The translations under genes and the position numbers were made by a program. DNA of 64,000 nt from Camelus dromedarius (lineage: Eukaryota). How positions within the stretch are numbered: the stretch's first letter is position 1; each line of letters opens with the position of its first letter. Below are positions 53,163 through 64,000 of this stretch, in pieces. The stretch covers positions 81,470,001 to 81,534,000 of the forward strand of contig NC_087437.1 in NCBI RefSeq assembly GCF_036321535.1. The letters are read 5' to 3'. The notes beneath the pieces are model-generated. The model saw only the letters and a list, made by a program, of their open reading frames with translations. It ran no database searches and was not told the origin of the DNA.

Positions 53163-53758
53163 TGAAATAGGAGGGAAAGGGGCAGGGCAAAACCATTGAA
53201 GGAATGACACAGACATTGAGAACAGGACAAACTGGTTAGAACCAAGGTGGCAGAAGACATGACTCCCAGTAGACCTTGAGCCTCATGGCACATTCACAGG
53301 CACCATGACAGTTCCTAGGCTGACCCTAAAAGGCCAGAAAGTGGGCGAGGAAGGCATTTCCTGGAAATCCCTGCCCCTTCCCCAAAGTAGTTGGAATAAT
53401 CCTCCTACTCATTAGTATAAGAAATCACCAAGCCCAGAAAACCTAACAACTCCACACCTCGTGGTGGCTCTCTCTCTTGCCTTCTGAGAGAGCCCGCACT
53501 CTGTCTACGGAGTGTGTATCTATTTTTACTTTAAACTAAACACCCCACACCTCTTGGCTTCTCTCCCTCTCACCTTTCTGAGATGGCCCACATTCTGCCT
53601 ATGGAGTATGTGTCTCCTAAGCCGCTTTCCCTTTGGAGTGAGACAGACTGCCTCTGTCTATGGAGTGTATATCTCTCTAAGTAAACTTACTTTCACTTCA
53701 CTATGCCTTGCTCTTGAATTCTTTCCTGCACTAGCCAAGAACCTATTTTCCCACAACA
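53163..53758 (+). mobile_element. MER41-like ERV1 solo LTR with GAS motif
   Basis: MER41 hallmarks 'aaccaaggtggc', 'gcaccatgacagtt', 'gaataatcc', 'ctctgtctatggagt' (three copies), 'aaacttactttcact', 'tgaattctttcctgca...ccaagaacc'; TTCCTGGAA at 53358-53366. Confidence 0.8.
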
Positions 53759-54091
53759 TTTATCTTGGGCAAAAACAGAACATCTTTAAAATTCAGTAAA
53801 CTTAGCACTCAGTACCAATATTATTACACAGAAAAGATACTACTTTAACCAGTGTTTTTCAAAATAAGGTTCTTGAACCATGTACCTCAGAGTCTCCCAG
53901 GATGCTTGATAAAAAGCCCATTCCTACATCACATCCCCAAATCTACTGAATATAAATTGCTTGCCACTAAAATTTGAGAATTGTTTTCATTACCAGGACA
54001 ATTCATTAACAAAAGACCATAAAATCCTCTTCTGAAAGTTGGGAAATCATTAGATTAGGCAGTGGGTTACAAAGTTAAGGAGACTGTTAGT

Positions 54092-54186
54092 GGGGAGGGT
54101 ATAGCTCAATGATAGAGTGCATGCTTAGCATGCATGAGGGCCTGGGTTCAATCCCCAGTACTGCCATTTAAAAAAAAAAAAAAAAA
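54092..54186 (+). mobile_element. Camelid tRNA-derived SINE (short form, poly-A tail)
   Basis: 'ggggagggtatagctcaatgatagagtgcatgcttagcatgcatgagggcctgggttcaatccccagtac' plus A-run; flanking aaagttaaggaga / aaagtcaaggaga. Confidence 0.88.
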
Positions 54187-55689
54187 GTCAAGGAGAATAT
54201 TGAAAGTTCAGCCTGAAATGATGTTGACATCAGATATCACCCTCCAACACATCTTCCAGCTGTACAAGCATGCTTTTTATAAACCATGACTCTCTGTGGC
54301 TACATGAACAATTTTGGAGCTGCTTCCTTCTCATTCATTGCAACGGAAGTGCTCCATTCAAAGGCTGGAAAGCAATGGCGAGATGGGGAGAGAATCTTGG
54401 CTGCCTCCCAACAGAGGCCTTTTGGATGGCATGTGCCCAAGGCCAAAGCCAATTCAGCCTGGAAACTGTTTTGCCAGGATGTTTGGTTTTCCTCAGCTCA
54501 TTAAATAATTAAGTCATGCTCCCCACCAATGAATTTTCACCAACAGTAATAACAATCACATGATCAGTCTTCCATTCTCCAATTTCAAGAGAAATTGGAA
54601 TGACCCCTGTACCATCTTGACTCACAACCATACTATTTTCTGGGGAAGGAAACAAACAGCCTAAAAAGCAGGTATCAGGTGTGAACAGAATTTGGACATT
54701 TTGAGGCTGAGTCTATCAGAGGAACAGTAGGTTACACTATACAAGCAGAGATGCTCACAAGCCTTCTCTGGGACTTGGCCACCTTACTCATTTTGAAACT
54801 AGGGGCAAAGTCCTTGCTCCTGAAGAAAAGTGATGGAAGCACTAGTCCATGTCTGAGCTTGTAGATGAAAGAATAAAACAAAGTGTATTCCCCATTCCCA
54901 ATCATTACGTGTCCTCTACCTGAACCTACTTTATTATCCAAAGTCTGACTACATTTCACAAGCAAGAGAAAGAGTGGGCAAGGTGGAGATGGAGGCGATG
55001 GATGTAGGCAGAACCAGCCTACCCTTAGGCCATGGTGAATATGGGCCTTATTTTAAATGCAATGGGAAGCCACTGGAGGGTTTGAGCAGGGGAATGATGG
55101 GACTTCATGTGTATTTTAAAGAATCACCCTAGTTGCTTTGTGGTACATGGCTTACAGGAGGCAACAGTGAAAGCAAAGAGAAACCTAGGACAATGCTATG
55201 AAGCCACGGTATGGGGACCAGTGCTAGTCAGAGAACTGTTCACCATCTGCAACAAGTTAGCATAGAAATTGACAGTAAATGTTTAGAAACTTGAAAACAT
55301 TTTAAAGTAATTTGACATTGCAGTAACATCCAAGCAGGAGTTTTTACACTTTTACAAAACTTATCAGGCTGCGTTGGACTGAAGGGGAAAAGTAAAACCA
55401 AAAGCAAACTGGTTCTTTATCACAGACAGTCTGACACACCGTGGCAGGGATTCAGGTCAGTGGTGAGAAATGCTGGAACGAGGGCAGATCAGGCACAGAG
55501 GACACAAAGTGTTTCACCCTCCTGGGATTAAAGGATAATAAGAGGAATCTGGCAGGTCAGGATAAGGAGTATGGTACACACAGCAAGACCTCTGCCTCTG
55601 CTGACCTGCACTAGACTCGACTACTTGCCAACCCTCTGAAAAGTGGCAACTAACAGTTGCTTCACTCCTGAGGGCAGTATTACACGTGG

Positions 55690-55900
55690 TATAAATGTGG
55701 AATGAGGTTATCCTGGGCTTAAATCCTGATTTCACCACTGTGTGACCTTGGAAGAGTGACTTAACCTCTCTGGGCCTCAGTTACCTCATCTACAAAATGA
55801 GAATAATAATAGCCTCTACCCAATAAAGTGTCCATGAAGATAAAATGAGAAGAACCCTGAGAAGAAGCTGAAACCTAATAAACAGTCACTTACTTAGCCA
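55690..55900 (+). mobile_element. MIR SINE
   Basis: 'tgtgtgaccttggaagagtgacttaacctctctgggcctcagttacctcatctacaaaatgagaataata'. Confidence 0.8.
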
Positions 55901-56501
55901 TTAGTTGTTTCTGTATCTTTCTATGGAGAAAGAGCTTTAAAGCATGGTCATAGTTATATAACGCCTCACCTCTGTGGAGCACATCACACTTGACAAAGCC
56001 CCATCACATACATTACTTCATGAATCCACTCTTAGAAAAAGGGCAAGGCAGACTTGATTTTCTGATAAGAAAAATGAGACTTAGTGTCCAAATGGAGGTT
56101 CCCAACTCGCCCCCTGGGCATGAGGTGTTGATTCATCCCTCTGCTCCCACAAGTGGAAACAGCTTGTCTGAGAAGTCACAAGCAGCAAAAACAAGGTCAC
56201 CCTGCTCTTCCACAGCCTGTTTTCATGACTTAAGTGCACACAAACCAAGGGCAGAGCAGAAAGCGGAGAAATAGCACCAGAGATGGAGAAGCTAGGGCAT
56301 CGGTTCTCCTTTATGCCAGCTTAAAGGTAAGGTGCTGCGAGGTCTCTAACCCCAATTCCCCTAGTTCTTCCTCAACACACCTTCTTTCCCCCTCCCCATC
56401 GTTATTCTCTGTTCCTCAAGTCTTCATCCCCACGGTTCAGCCATGACATGATTTTGGTGTGTGTACTTTTCATGATTTTTCCCTTCTTCACTAACATCTT
56501 T

Positions 56502-56747
56502 TTTTTTTTAATTGAAGTATAGTCAATTTACAATGTGGTGTCAATTTCTGGTGTACAGCACAATGTTTCCGTCATACATGAATATACATATATTTGTTTT
56601 CATATTCTTTTTCACCAAGATACAAGATATCGAATATATTTCCCTGTGCTATACAGTATAAACTTGTTTATCTATTTCATATATACCAGTCAGTATCTGC
56701 AAATCTTGAACTCCCAGTTTATCCCGTCCCACCCCGCATCCTCTCTG
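56502..56747 (-). mobile_element. Short camelid L1 3' tip with 15-bp TSD
   Basis: TSD ttcactaacatcttt at 56487 and 56748; poly-T start. Confidence 0.9.
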
Positions 56748-57111
56748 TTCACTAACATCTTTAATGTTACTAAATTTTCATTATTTTTTAAATATACAAA
56801 GACTCTAAAATTGTCCTAAGTGTGCTCCTTACTACAATATCTGACTCTCTTTTGGCTTTTCCTCTCTTCTTTTAACAGTTTTCCATAATCATCAGTCTGA
56901 ATTATGCCTTGCTGGGAGAGAGAAGGGAGGCAAGAACCAAATAGTTGGAGAAAAACTCTCTGAGCTAAAGAAAGACTTGGGCCCTAATTGAAAGAACACA
57001 TCAGGAAAAAACAAGAGGGTAAAAAAAAATTTTTTAAATCCATACCTATACATATCAAAGTGAAATTCAGAACTTTATGCTTTTTTAAATTTAAAGTGTA
57101 GGGGTAGTGAT

Positions 57112-57745
57112 CCGGAGGGAATTCTAATTTGAGAAGATACATGCACCCCAATGTTCATAGCAGCACTATATACAATAGCCAAGACATGGAAGCAAGCTAA
57201 ATGTCCATCAACAAATGACTGGATAAGGAAGTTGTGGTATATTTATACAGTGGAATACTACTCAGTCATAAAATAGTATAAAATAATGCCATTTACAGCA
57301 ACATGGATGGACCTAGAGATCATTATTCTAAGTCAAGTAAGTCATAAAAAGAAAGAAAAATACCATATGATATCACTCATATGTGGAATCTAAAAAAAAC
57401 AAGGGGGAGACTCTGAACTCACCTACAAAACAGAAACAGACTTGCAGACATAGTAAATAATCTTATGGTTACCAGAGGGGGAAGGAGGTGGAAAGGGATA
57501 AATTTGAGATTTGAGATTTGTAAATGTTAGCCCCTATATAAAAAAATAGATTTTTAAAAAAACAAGTTCCTTCTGTATAGCACAGGGAACTATATTCAAT
57601 ATCTTGTAATAACCTTTAATGAAAGAGAATATAAAAAAAGAATATATGTATGTATATGCATGACTAGGACATTATGCTGTACACCAGAAATTGACACATT
57701 GTAACTATTTCAATCAAAAATAAAAATAAATTAAAATAAAATAAA
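57112..57745 (+). mobile_element. 5'-truncated L1 (ORF2 end plus 3' UTR)
   Basis: 'tgcaccccaatgttcatagcagcacta...tatgtggaatctaaa'; flanking tgtaggggtagtgat / tgtgagggtagtgat. Confidence 0.9.
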
Positions 57746-59849
57746 ATGTGAGGGTAGTGATTTAAAATAGGGCTACTTGGATATGAGGTATGTCTTTTGA
57801 ATTCTATGAGAATAGTCATTAATCCCAATATTTTTATATTTTAATCAATTATTTTAACTTTAGAGGAATATTTTAGGAACTAATATATCTTTTTTTGAAG
57901 AAATATTTACCCAAAGTTTAGAAATTCCTTATATTTCACTTTGGTTTCCTTTTTCTGCTTTTAAAAATATGACAAATAAAATATAATGCTTTTGGCTGAA
58001 AATGTAATTCGTGGTAGACCATGAGCCAGAGATAGACACAGCTTCTCTACATAAGGGTCTATTTGGCCGCCTCGTTGTTGACTCAAGTCAGAAAATGGAC
58101 TAATTATACTTTCAGGTCATTAGGAGGGAACTCAAATGACTCTTAAACACCTAAGTTACTACCAAGAAATAACTACAGCCCTGAGGGGACTCTGGCTCTG
58201 AGAAAAGTGAAGTTAATGGGAGCTCTACATAATTTGGTAAGAAGGAGTTCACCTTTCAGCTTAAAGAAGTGAGTTTGCATGGAAATGTGGCCACAAGATA
58301 AAAAGGGAACCACTGTAAACATCCCATCCAGTTAATTTGTTGTTGTTGTTTTATTGAGATACAGTTGACGTAGAACATCATATTAGATTCAGGTGCACAA
58401 CATAATGATTTTCAGTATACGTCTATATTGCGAAATGATTACCACAAGGCTAGTTAACACCCACCACCACACATGCTTTTTTAATTATGACCTTATAACG
58501 AGCTTTCCTCCGACTGTACTTGCTTGGGCCAGTTCAGAGCACTGGGAAAGAACATCAGCCCACCTGGGTATTTACCCTACCTGAGTAAGGGTTATTATCT
58601 CTGGCTGGAAAAACTCCTTCTACCTGGTTCTCGACCTGGACCAAGCATCAGATTTCTACGTGGAACTTTTCACAGATGCCTGGCCTCATTCTGCACCTGT
58701 TGAAAAAGAATCCCCAGGGGCAGGACAAGGAGGGGGTCGTGTAGTTTTTAATAGCTCCACAGTGATTTGGTTGCACAGCTGGAATTATGTACCAGTTCTA
58801 GACTGGGCAGTGCGCTGTCTTTTGGAGGCAGCAGAGACGTTTAATGAAAAGGGCAGTAAAATCGGATGAAGTTTCATATTCCTCACTTACTAGATAAACA
58901 GCAAAATTTACCTTTCTGAACATCAATTTCCTTAGGTATATAATATTACTTTACAAAAAAATCAACTTTCTCATCTATTAAAGGGAATTCAATAAAATAA
59001 TGTATATATTTTTAGAAGCCATAGAATTTCAGGCACCCTAGAGGAAAGTGCTGACATACCACTCACTTCCTTGCCGTGGAAAATGCTAGTCACTTTTTTA
59101 TAAGAGAGATAACCAAGCCACAAAGGACGTAACTTCGCACTCGGCAGCAAAGAAAAGAGACATTTGCCTCCGTACCTTTTTCCTGTTTAGGAGAGTTGAT
59201 AGCACCAGAAGGGCCCAGGCTACTGGGAGGGGTGGCAGGTGCATGGGAGAAAAACTCATTCTCTTCCAAGGTTTCACTGAGGCAGCTGAGTGTCAGAGTT
59301 CTTCACAGGAGCTCTGAAAGCCAGAGAAGACTGGAAACAGTCAGATGGTTCACAGGGAGAAGCCAACAGTCCAGAGAGAGGAACAGTGCAAACAGCCTGG
59401 TTTGACAAGCTTAGTCCAATGCCACTGTTACATTAAGTGTTTTAGTCTTTTTCTTCAAAAAAAGAACTTCCTTCCATTTGAATTTCACCTACTGTTCTCC
59501 ATGACAAAATATGCTACAAAAATCTTCATGTCTTAAATGACAAGTTGAGATGTGTGTATTATTCATGTATATGTGTATGTATATCTGTGTGTGTATATGG
59601 CTGAGTTTAAAAAAAAAAGGCAGAACAATAAAGAAACAAGCAAGCAAGCAAGCAAACAAAGGATAGCTCTCAACAACCAATGCCTTTTAACCACAGGAAT
59701 AATCTTTCCTCCTTGGAAACATTAAAAGTTATAGAAAGTATAAATCTTTCTATGAGAAAAAATTAGCACTTTAGACATAATTTAAAGAATAAGTCAAGAA
59801 TGAATCAATATTTTGATACTACAGCTATCGCTATGTTAATGATGTTTAC

Positions 59850-60655
59850 ATGGAGATAAGCATTATGATGATTGATAAGAGAATAGCTTAGATATCCACA
59901 TGCAAAAGAAGAAAGTCAGACCCTTACCTCCATCAAATACAAAAATTAATACAAAATGTATCAAAGACCTAAACATCAAAACTAAAACTATAAAGCTCTT
60001 AGAAGAAAACAAATGAAAACCATCACATTTGATTTGGCAATACTTTCTTGGATATGACACCAAAACCACAGGCAACAAAAGGAAAAATATACTAATTGAA
60101 CTATATCAAAAGACAACAACAGAGAGAAAAGGCAGCCTAGGGAATGGGAGAAAATATCTACAAATCATACACTTGATGAATAGTTAACATCATGAATATA
60201 TAAAGAATGCCCACAACTCAACAGCGAAACAAAACCTGACTTAAAAATGAACAAAGAACTTAACTAGACAAAAAAAAAAAAGATATACAAATGGCCAATA
60301 AGCACATGAAAAGATGCTCAATGTCACTAATCATTAGAGAAATGCAACTCAAAACCACAATAAAATAATACTTCATATCCATGAAGATGACTGTTACTAA
60401 AAAACAATAATTAAAAGAACAGAATAACAAATGGAGAAATCAGGAACCTTTGTGTATTGCTGATGGGACTGTAAAATGGTGCAGCTGCTGTGGAAAACAG
60501 TATGGCGGTTCCTCAAATAATGAAATATTGAATTACTGTGTGATCCTGCAAATTCACTTCCAGATTTACACCCAAAAGAAATGAAAGCAGGAACCCCAAC
60601 AGACATTTCTACACTAATGTTCATCACAGCATTATTCTCATTAACCAAAAGATAA
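59850..60655 (+). mobile_element. Old L1 ORF2 3' fragment
   Basis: 'gatatccacatgcaaaagaa', 'aagcacatgaaaagatgctca', 'ctgtggaaaacagtatggcggttcctcaa'. Confidence 0.8.
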
Positions 60656-61089
60656 CATATTAGTTGGGGTTCTCCTGAGAAACAGACCCAAGAGGATATA
60701 GATATATATGTAAGTTGATAGATATAAAGAAAGTGAGAGATATTTATTGCAGTAATTGGCTCGTGCGATTGTGGAAGCTGGCAAGTCCAAAATCTTCAGT
60801 ATAAGCCAACAGGCTGGAAACCCAGGGAAGGGCTGATGCTGCAGTTCATGTCTTAATGCAGCCTGCCGGCAGAATTCCCTCCTCTTCAAGGGAGATCAGT
60901 CTTCTATTAAGGCCTTCAAATGATTGGATGAGACCCACCTACATTATGATAATCTGCTTTACTCAAAGTCTACTAATTTCAGTGTTAATTTCATTTTAAA
61001 AATACCTTCACAGAAATATAGAATAATGTTTGACCAAATATCTGCATACCATGGCCTAGATAAATTGACACAAAAAATTAACCATCACA
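60656..61089 (-). mobile_element. MLT2 (ERVL) LTR
   Basis: Ends 'ttgacacaaaaaattaaccatcaca' (reverse complement of the MLT2 5' end); begins 'tattagttggggttctcctgagaaacaga'. Confidence 0.8.
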
Positions 61090-63800
61090 GACTCTCTGGA
61101 GGACAGAAGGACGGACAGATGGCATTGCTCTCCTCCCAGCCCCGAGGACCACAGGCCTTGGCGCGCAGGGCGCTTCCTAGGGTCACCGTCATGCCCGCGG
61201 AGGCGGCGCGCCCGAGCTGCCGCGCCTGAGCTCCAGGGAGGGGCTCCGGACCCCGCAGGTTTTACAACACAGCGCGTCTAGGTGTGGACATTTCATCATC
61301 TATCATGGAGTTACTGTGTTCCTGTCCCTAAGGTGGTTCCAGCCTGACTGACAACATAATCATCATTGGCTTTTGATTGATATCACCTCTGATGTGGCCT
61401 CTGTTTCATGTCACATCTGAAACTTCTCTGTGCCTCAGACTAGAACAGTATTTGCAGAGGAATCAGAGGAGTTAATCTTGTTTGAAGCCTCAGACTTCTG
61501 AGAGGACTCCCTGACGCCTCAGAGCTGACGTTTCCTGGTCCCGAGAAGCAGGTTGTCCCCGTTAGCCCATTGACATGCATCAGGCAGACACCACAAATGA
61601 GCAAACCGAACCTCAGGACATAGCTAACAATGGACAGCCGGATGATCCAGGACATGCCCCAGCTCTAGTGATGCAGATTGCCTTTTGGCTCCCGGAACCT
61701 CATCAGTGCCTCGGACTTTCTCCTCTCAGCCTGAGACTGCACGGAAGTTGGGCTGTGGGAAGCAGCAAGCAAAGCTAGTGGTAACTGAGAGACCCGTGTC
61801 TGGGTAGAACCAGGTCCAGGACCATAACGCTGCCTCCTCTGTGGTCTGGATTTCAGCTGCTGTGGCTCTGCTGATGTGCTCAGCACCATCCTTCTATTTG
61901 TACTTAAACGGCACAGTTTTTGGTCAGCGCATCCGAAAAGGAAGGTGTGAGAGACAAAGCCCATGGCCACGTACCCCTCCAATTATCTGGCAAGACATTC
62001 CTCACCCTGAAGAAATTCACTATCCACAATTATTCCCACTCCAGGGAGTGACCCTACAAGTGCTTGCAGCCAGACTCTGGCAAAACCTTCATTTCCAGAT
62101 ACAAATTAATGAGGCTACCCACTCATCCCAGAAGTCCCACCAGTGTGCTCACTGTGAGAAGACTTTTAAGCGGAAAGACCACCTGAAAAACCACCCCCAA
62201 ACACATGACTCCAACAAAATGGCCTTTGGGTGTGAGGAGTGTGGGAAGAAGTACAACACTATGCTGGGCTACAAGAGCCACCTGGCCCTCCCTGCAGCCA
62301 GCAGCGGTGACCTCACCTGCAGGGTTTGTGCCCTGGAGCTGGGGAGCACAGAGGTGCTGCTGGACCACCTCAAAGCCCACGCAGAGGAGACGCCCCCTAG
62401 TGGAACCAAGGAAAAGAAGCACCAGTGCGACCACTGTGAAAGATGCTTCTACACCCTGAAAGACGTGTGGTGCCACCTGGTGATCCACACAGGCTGTAAG
62501 GACTTCCCGTGTCAGTTTTGTGCCCAGAGATTTGAGCGCAAAAACCACCAAAAATGACATACCAAGAAGACACACTCAGGAGCTGATGAAAGGGAGTTTG
62601 CAGTCTGCAGACCTTCTGAGCACCTTCCACTCCATCTCTCCCCAGTTTCGACTGAGGGTGGCCCCGCTGTCTCCTTTCCCTTTAGGAGCTCCTGCACAGA
62701 ACGGGCTTGCAAGTAGCTTGCCAGCTGAGGTACACAGCCACACCCACAATCCCCCGGAGCCAACCTCCCAGCCTGTCCCGGGGCTGCCAGAGCTCCTGGC
62801 ACCCCTGCGCACCCACCCTCCCCGCAGTAGCTTCTCCCAAGCTCTCCTCCACCACCCCACCAGAATCACAAGTACAACACCAGTTCTACCTCATACTCCC
62901 CACTTCAAGCCTGCCCCTCAAAGCAGTTACTAAAGGATTCAGCAATACCAATTTGCTTGAGGACTGGCCTCTGCAAGAGCCTCAGTCACCTCACAAGCAA
63001 GCTCAACCCAGATTTTGATCTGGCTAAGAGAGGTGCTGGTAAAGTCAACCTGCCCAGGGAGCTGCCTGCAGACGCTGTGAACCTAACAATAGCTGCCTCT
63101 TTGGACCTTTCCCCCTTGTTGGGCTTCTGGCAGCTGCCCCCTCCTGCTACCCAAAATGCCTTTGGGAATAACACTCCCACCCTGGGGCCTAGGGAATCTC
63201 TGCCCCATAGGCTAAGCTGTCTGGGACAGCAGCAACAAGATCCCTCACTAGCCACGAGCACTATGAGCCTGGGCCAGCTCCCCCTCCCTCCCATCCCCCC
63301 CATGTTCCCAGCTGGCACTGGTTCAGCTATCCTGCCTCATTTCCACCATGCATTCTGATGACTGGTTTTGAAAGCCTACCTTTCTCATTCTGGAAGATGT
63401 TTTAAGAAGCATTTTAAACATCAGTTATGATACAAAGAAGGATTTGGAAAGCAGGACTGGACTATGATGACTGGCTTGAGCGAAGAGAGTTCTCGAACTG
63501 CATGTGTTGTGCCAATCTGTCCTGAATGTTCATGCTTTGTACCAAATTTAATAAGCAAGTATTCTTTGATGGAACTGCAATTATCGTCATAACCGACATC
63601 CATGCGAGGGCTGCTATATATAGGTATTTGTCAAATTGAATTTAATCGTAAGCCATGATCATAATAATGTTAACTAAATAACTTTATGTGGCACTGCCTA
63701 ATAAGGGAACTATGGAAAGTTTAGGATTTCTCCAAAATGGGAAGATTTTTAAAATAAGAAAATAACCTTTATATTGCATATTATAACTAGGCTGTGTTTT
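61090..63800 (+). pseudogene. PLAGL1: Processed pseudogene of PLAGL1/ZAC1: ~870-nt leader, CDS remnant 61963-63358, partial 3' UTR
   Basis: 'aaagcccATGGCCACG' start; translations match PLAGL1 zinc fingers ([12 protein letters not shown]..., [19 protein letters not shown]...) and C-terminus ([17 protein letters not shown]...[11 protein letters not shown]); no intron at the coding junction near 62113; frameshifts near codon 6, 62114 and 62578; TGA at 62049 and 62555. Exact 5' boundary and identity of the leader are inferred. Confidence 0.93.
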
Positions 63801-64000
63801 TCTTTTTTTAACATTTTTTATTGATTTATAATCATTTTACAATGTTGTGTCAAATTCCAGTGTAGAGTACAATTTTCCAGTTATACATGAACATATAGAT
63901 ATTCATTGTCACATTTTTTTCTCTGTGAGCTACCATAAGATCTTGTGTATATTTCCCTGTGCTATACAGTATAATCTTGTTTATCTATTCTACAGTTTTA
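63800..64000 (-). mobile_element. Camelid L1 3' end inserted into the PLAGL1 retrocopy 3' UTR (continues past the window)
   Basis: Reverse complement closely matches the young L1 3' UTR at ~39680-39875 ('acattttttattgatttataatcattttacaatgttgt...tttccctgtgctatacagt'). Confidence 0.9.

Noticed and set aside
61841..63358. Functional PLAGL1 gene
   Set aside because: Intronless, with several frameshifts and in-frame TGA codons, a lost zinc-ligand His and an L1 in the 3' UTR; sits beside TMEM45A rather than at the PLAGL1 locus.

Overview
Mammalian genomic DNA, almost certainly camelid (alpaca, llama or camel), judged from five copies of a tRNA-derived SINE of the Vic-1 type and cetartiodactyl-type L1 3' ends. 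The left end holds three coding exons of a TMEM45A-family gene on the minus strand (190, 213 and 185 coding nt, canonical GT-AG sites, frame intact); its last exons lie left of the window. The remaining ~59 kb is repeat-rich intron 1 and/or upstream sequence. It contains many L1s (one very young, with an open 672-aa ORF2 remnant and a perfect TSD), L2/MIR, hAT MITEs, a three-tier nested LTR structure (MLT1 > MER34-like ERV1 provirus > solo LTR) and a MER41-like LTR retaining a STAT GAS motif. At the right end is a near full-length processed pseudogene of the imprinted gene PLAGL1 (ZAC1), with a CpG-dense 5' leader containing a ZFP57 hexamer. The best hypothesis for something new is that this retrocopy imported a fragment of an imprinted CpG island next to or inside TMEM45A. 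Repeat subfamily names and human comparisons come from recalled sequences, not a database search; repeat boundaries are approximate unless a TSD is cited.
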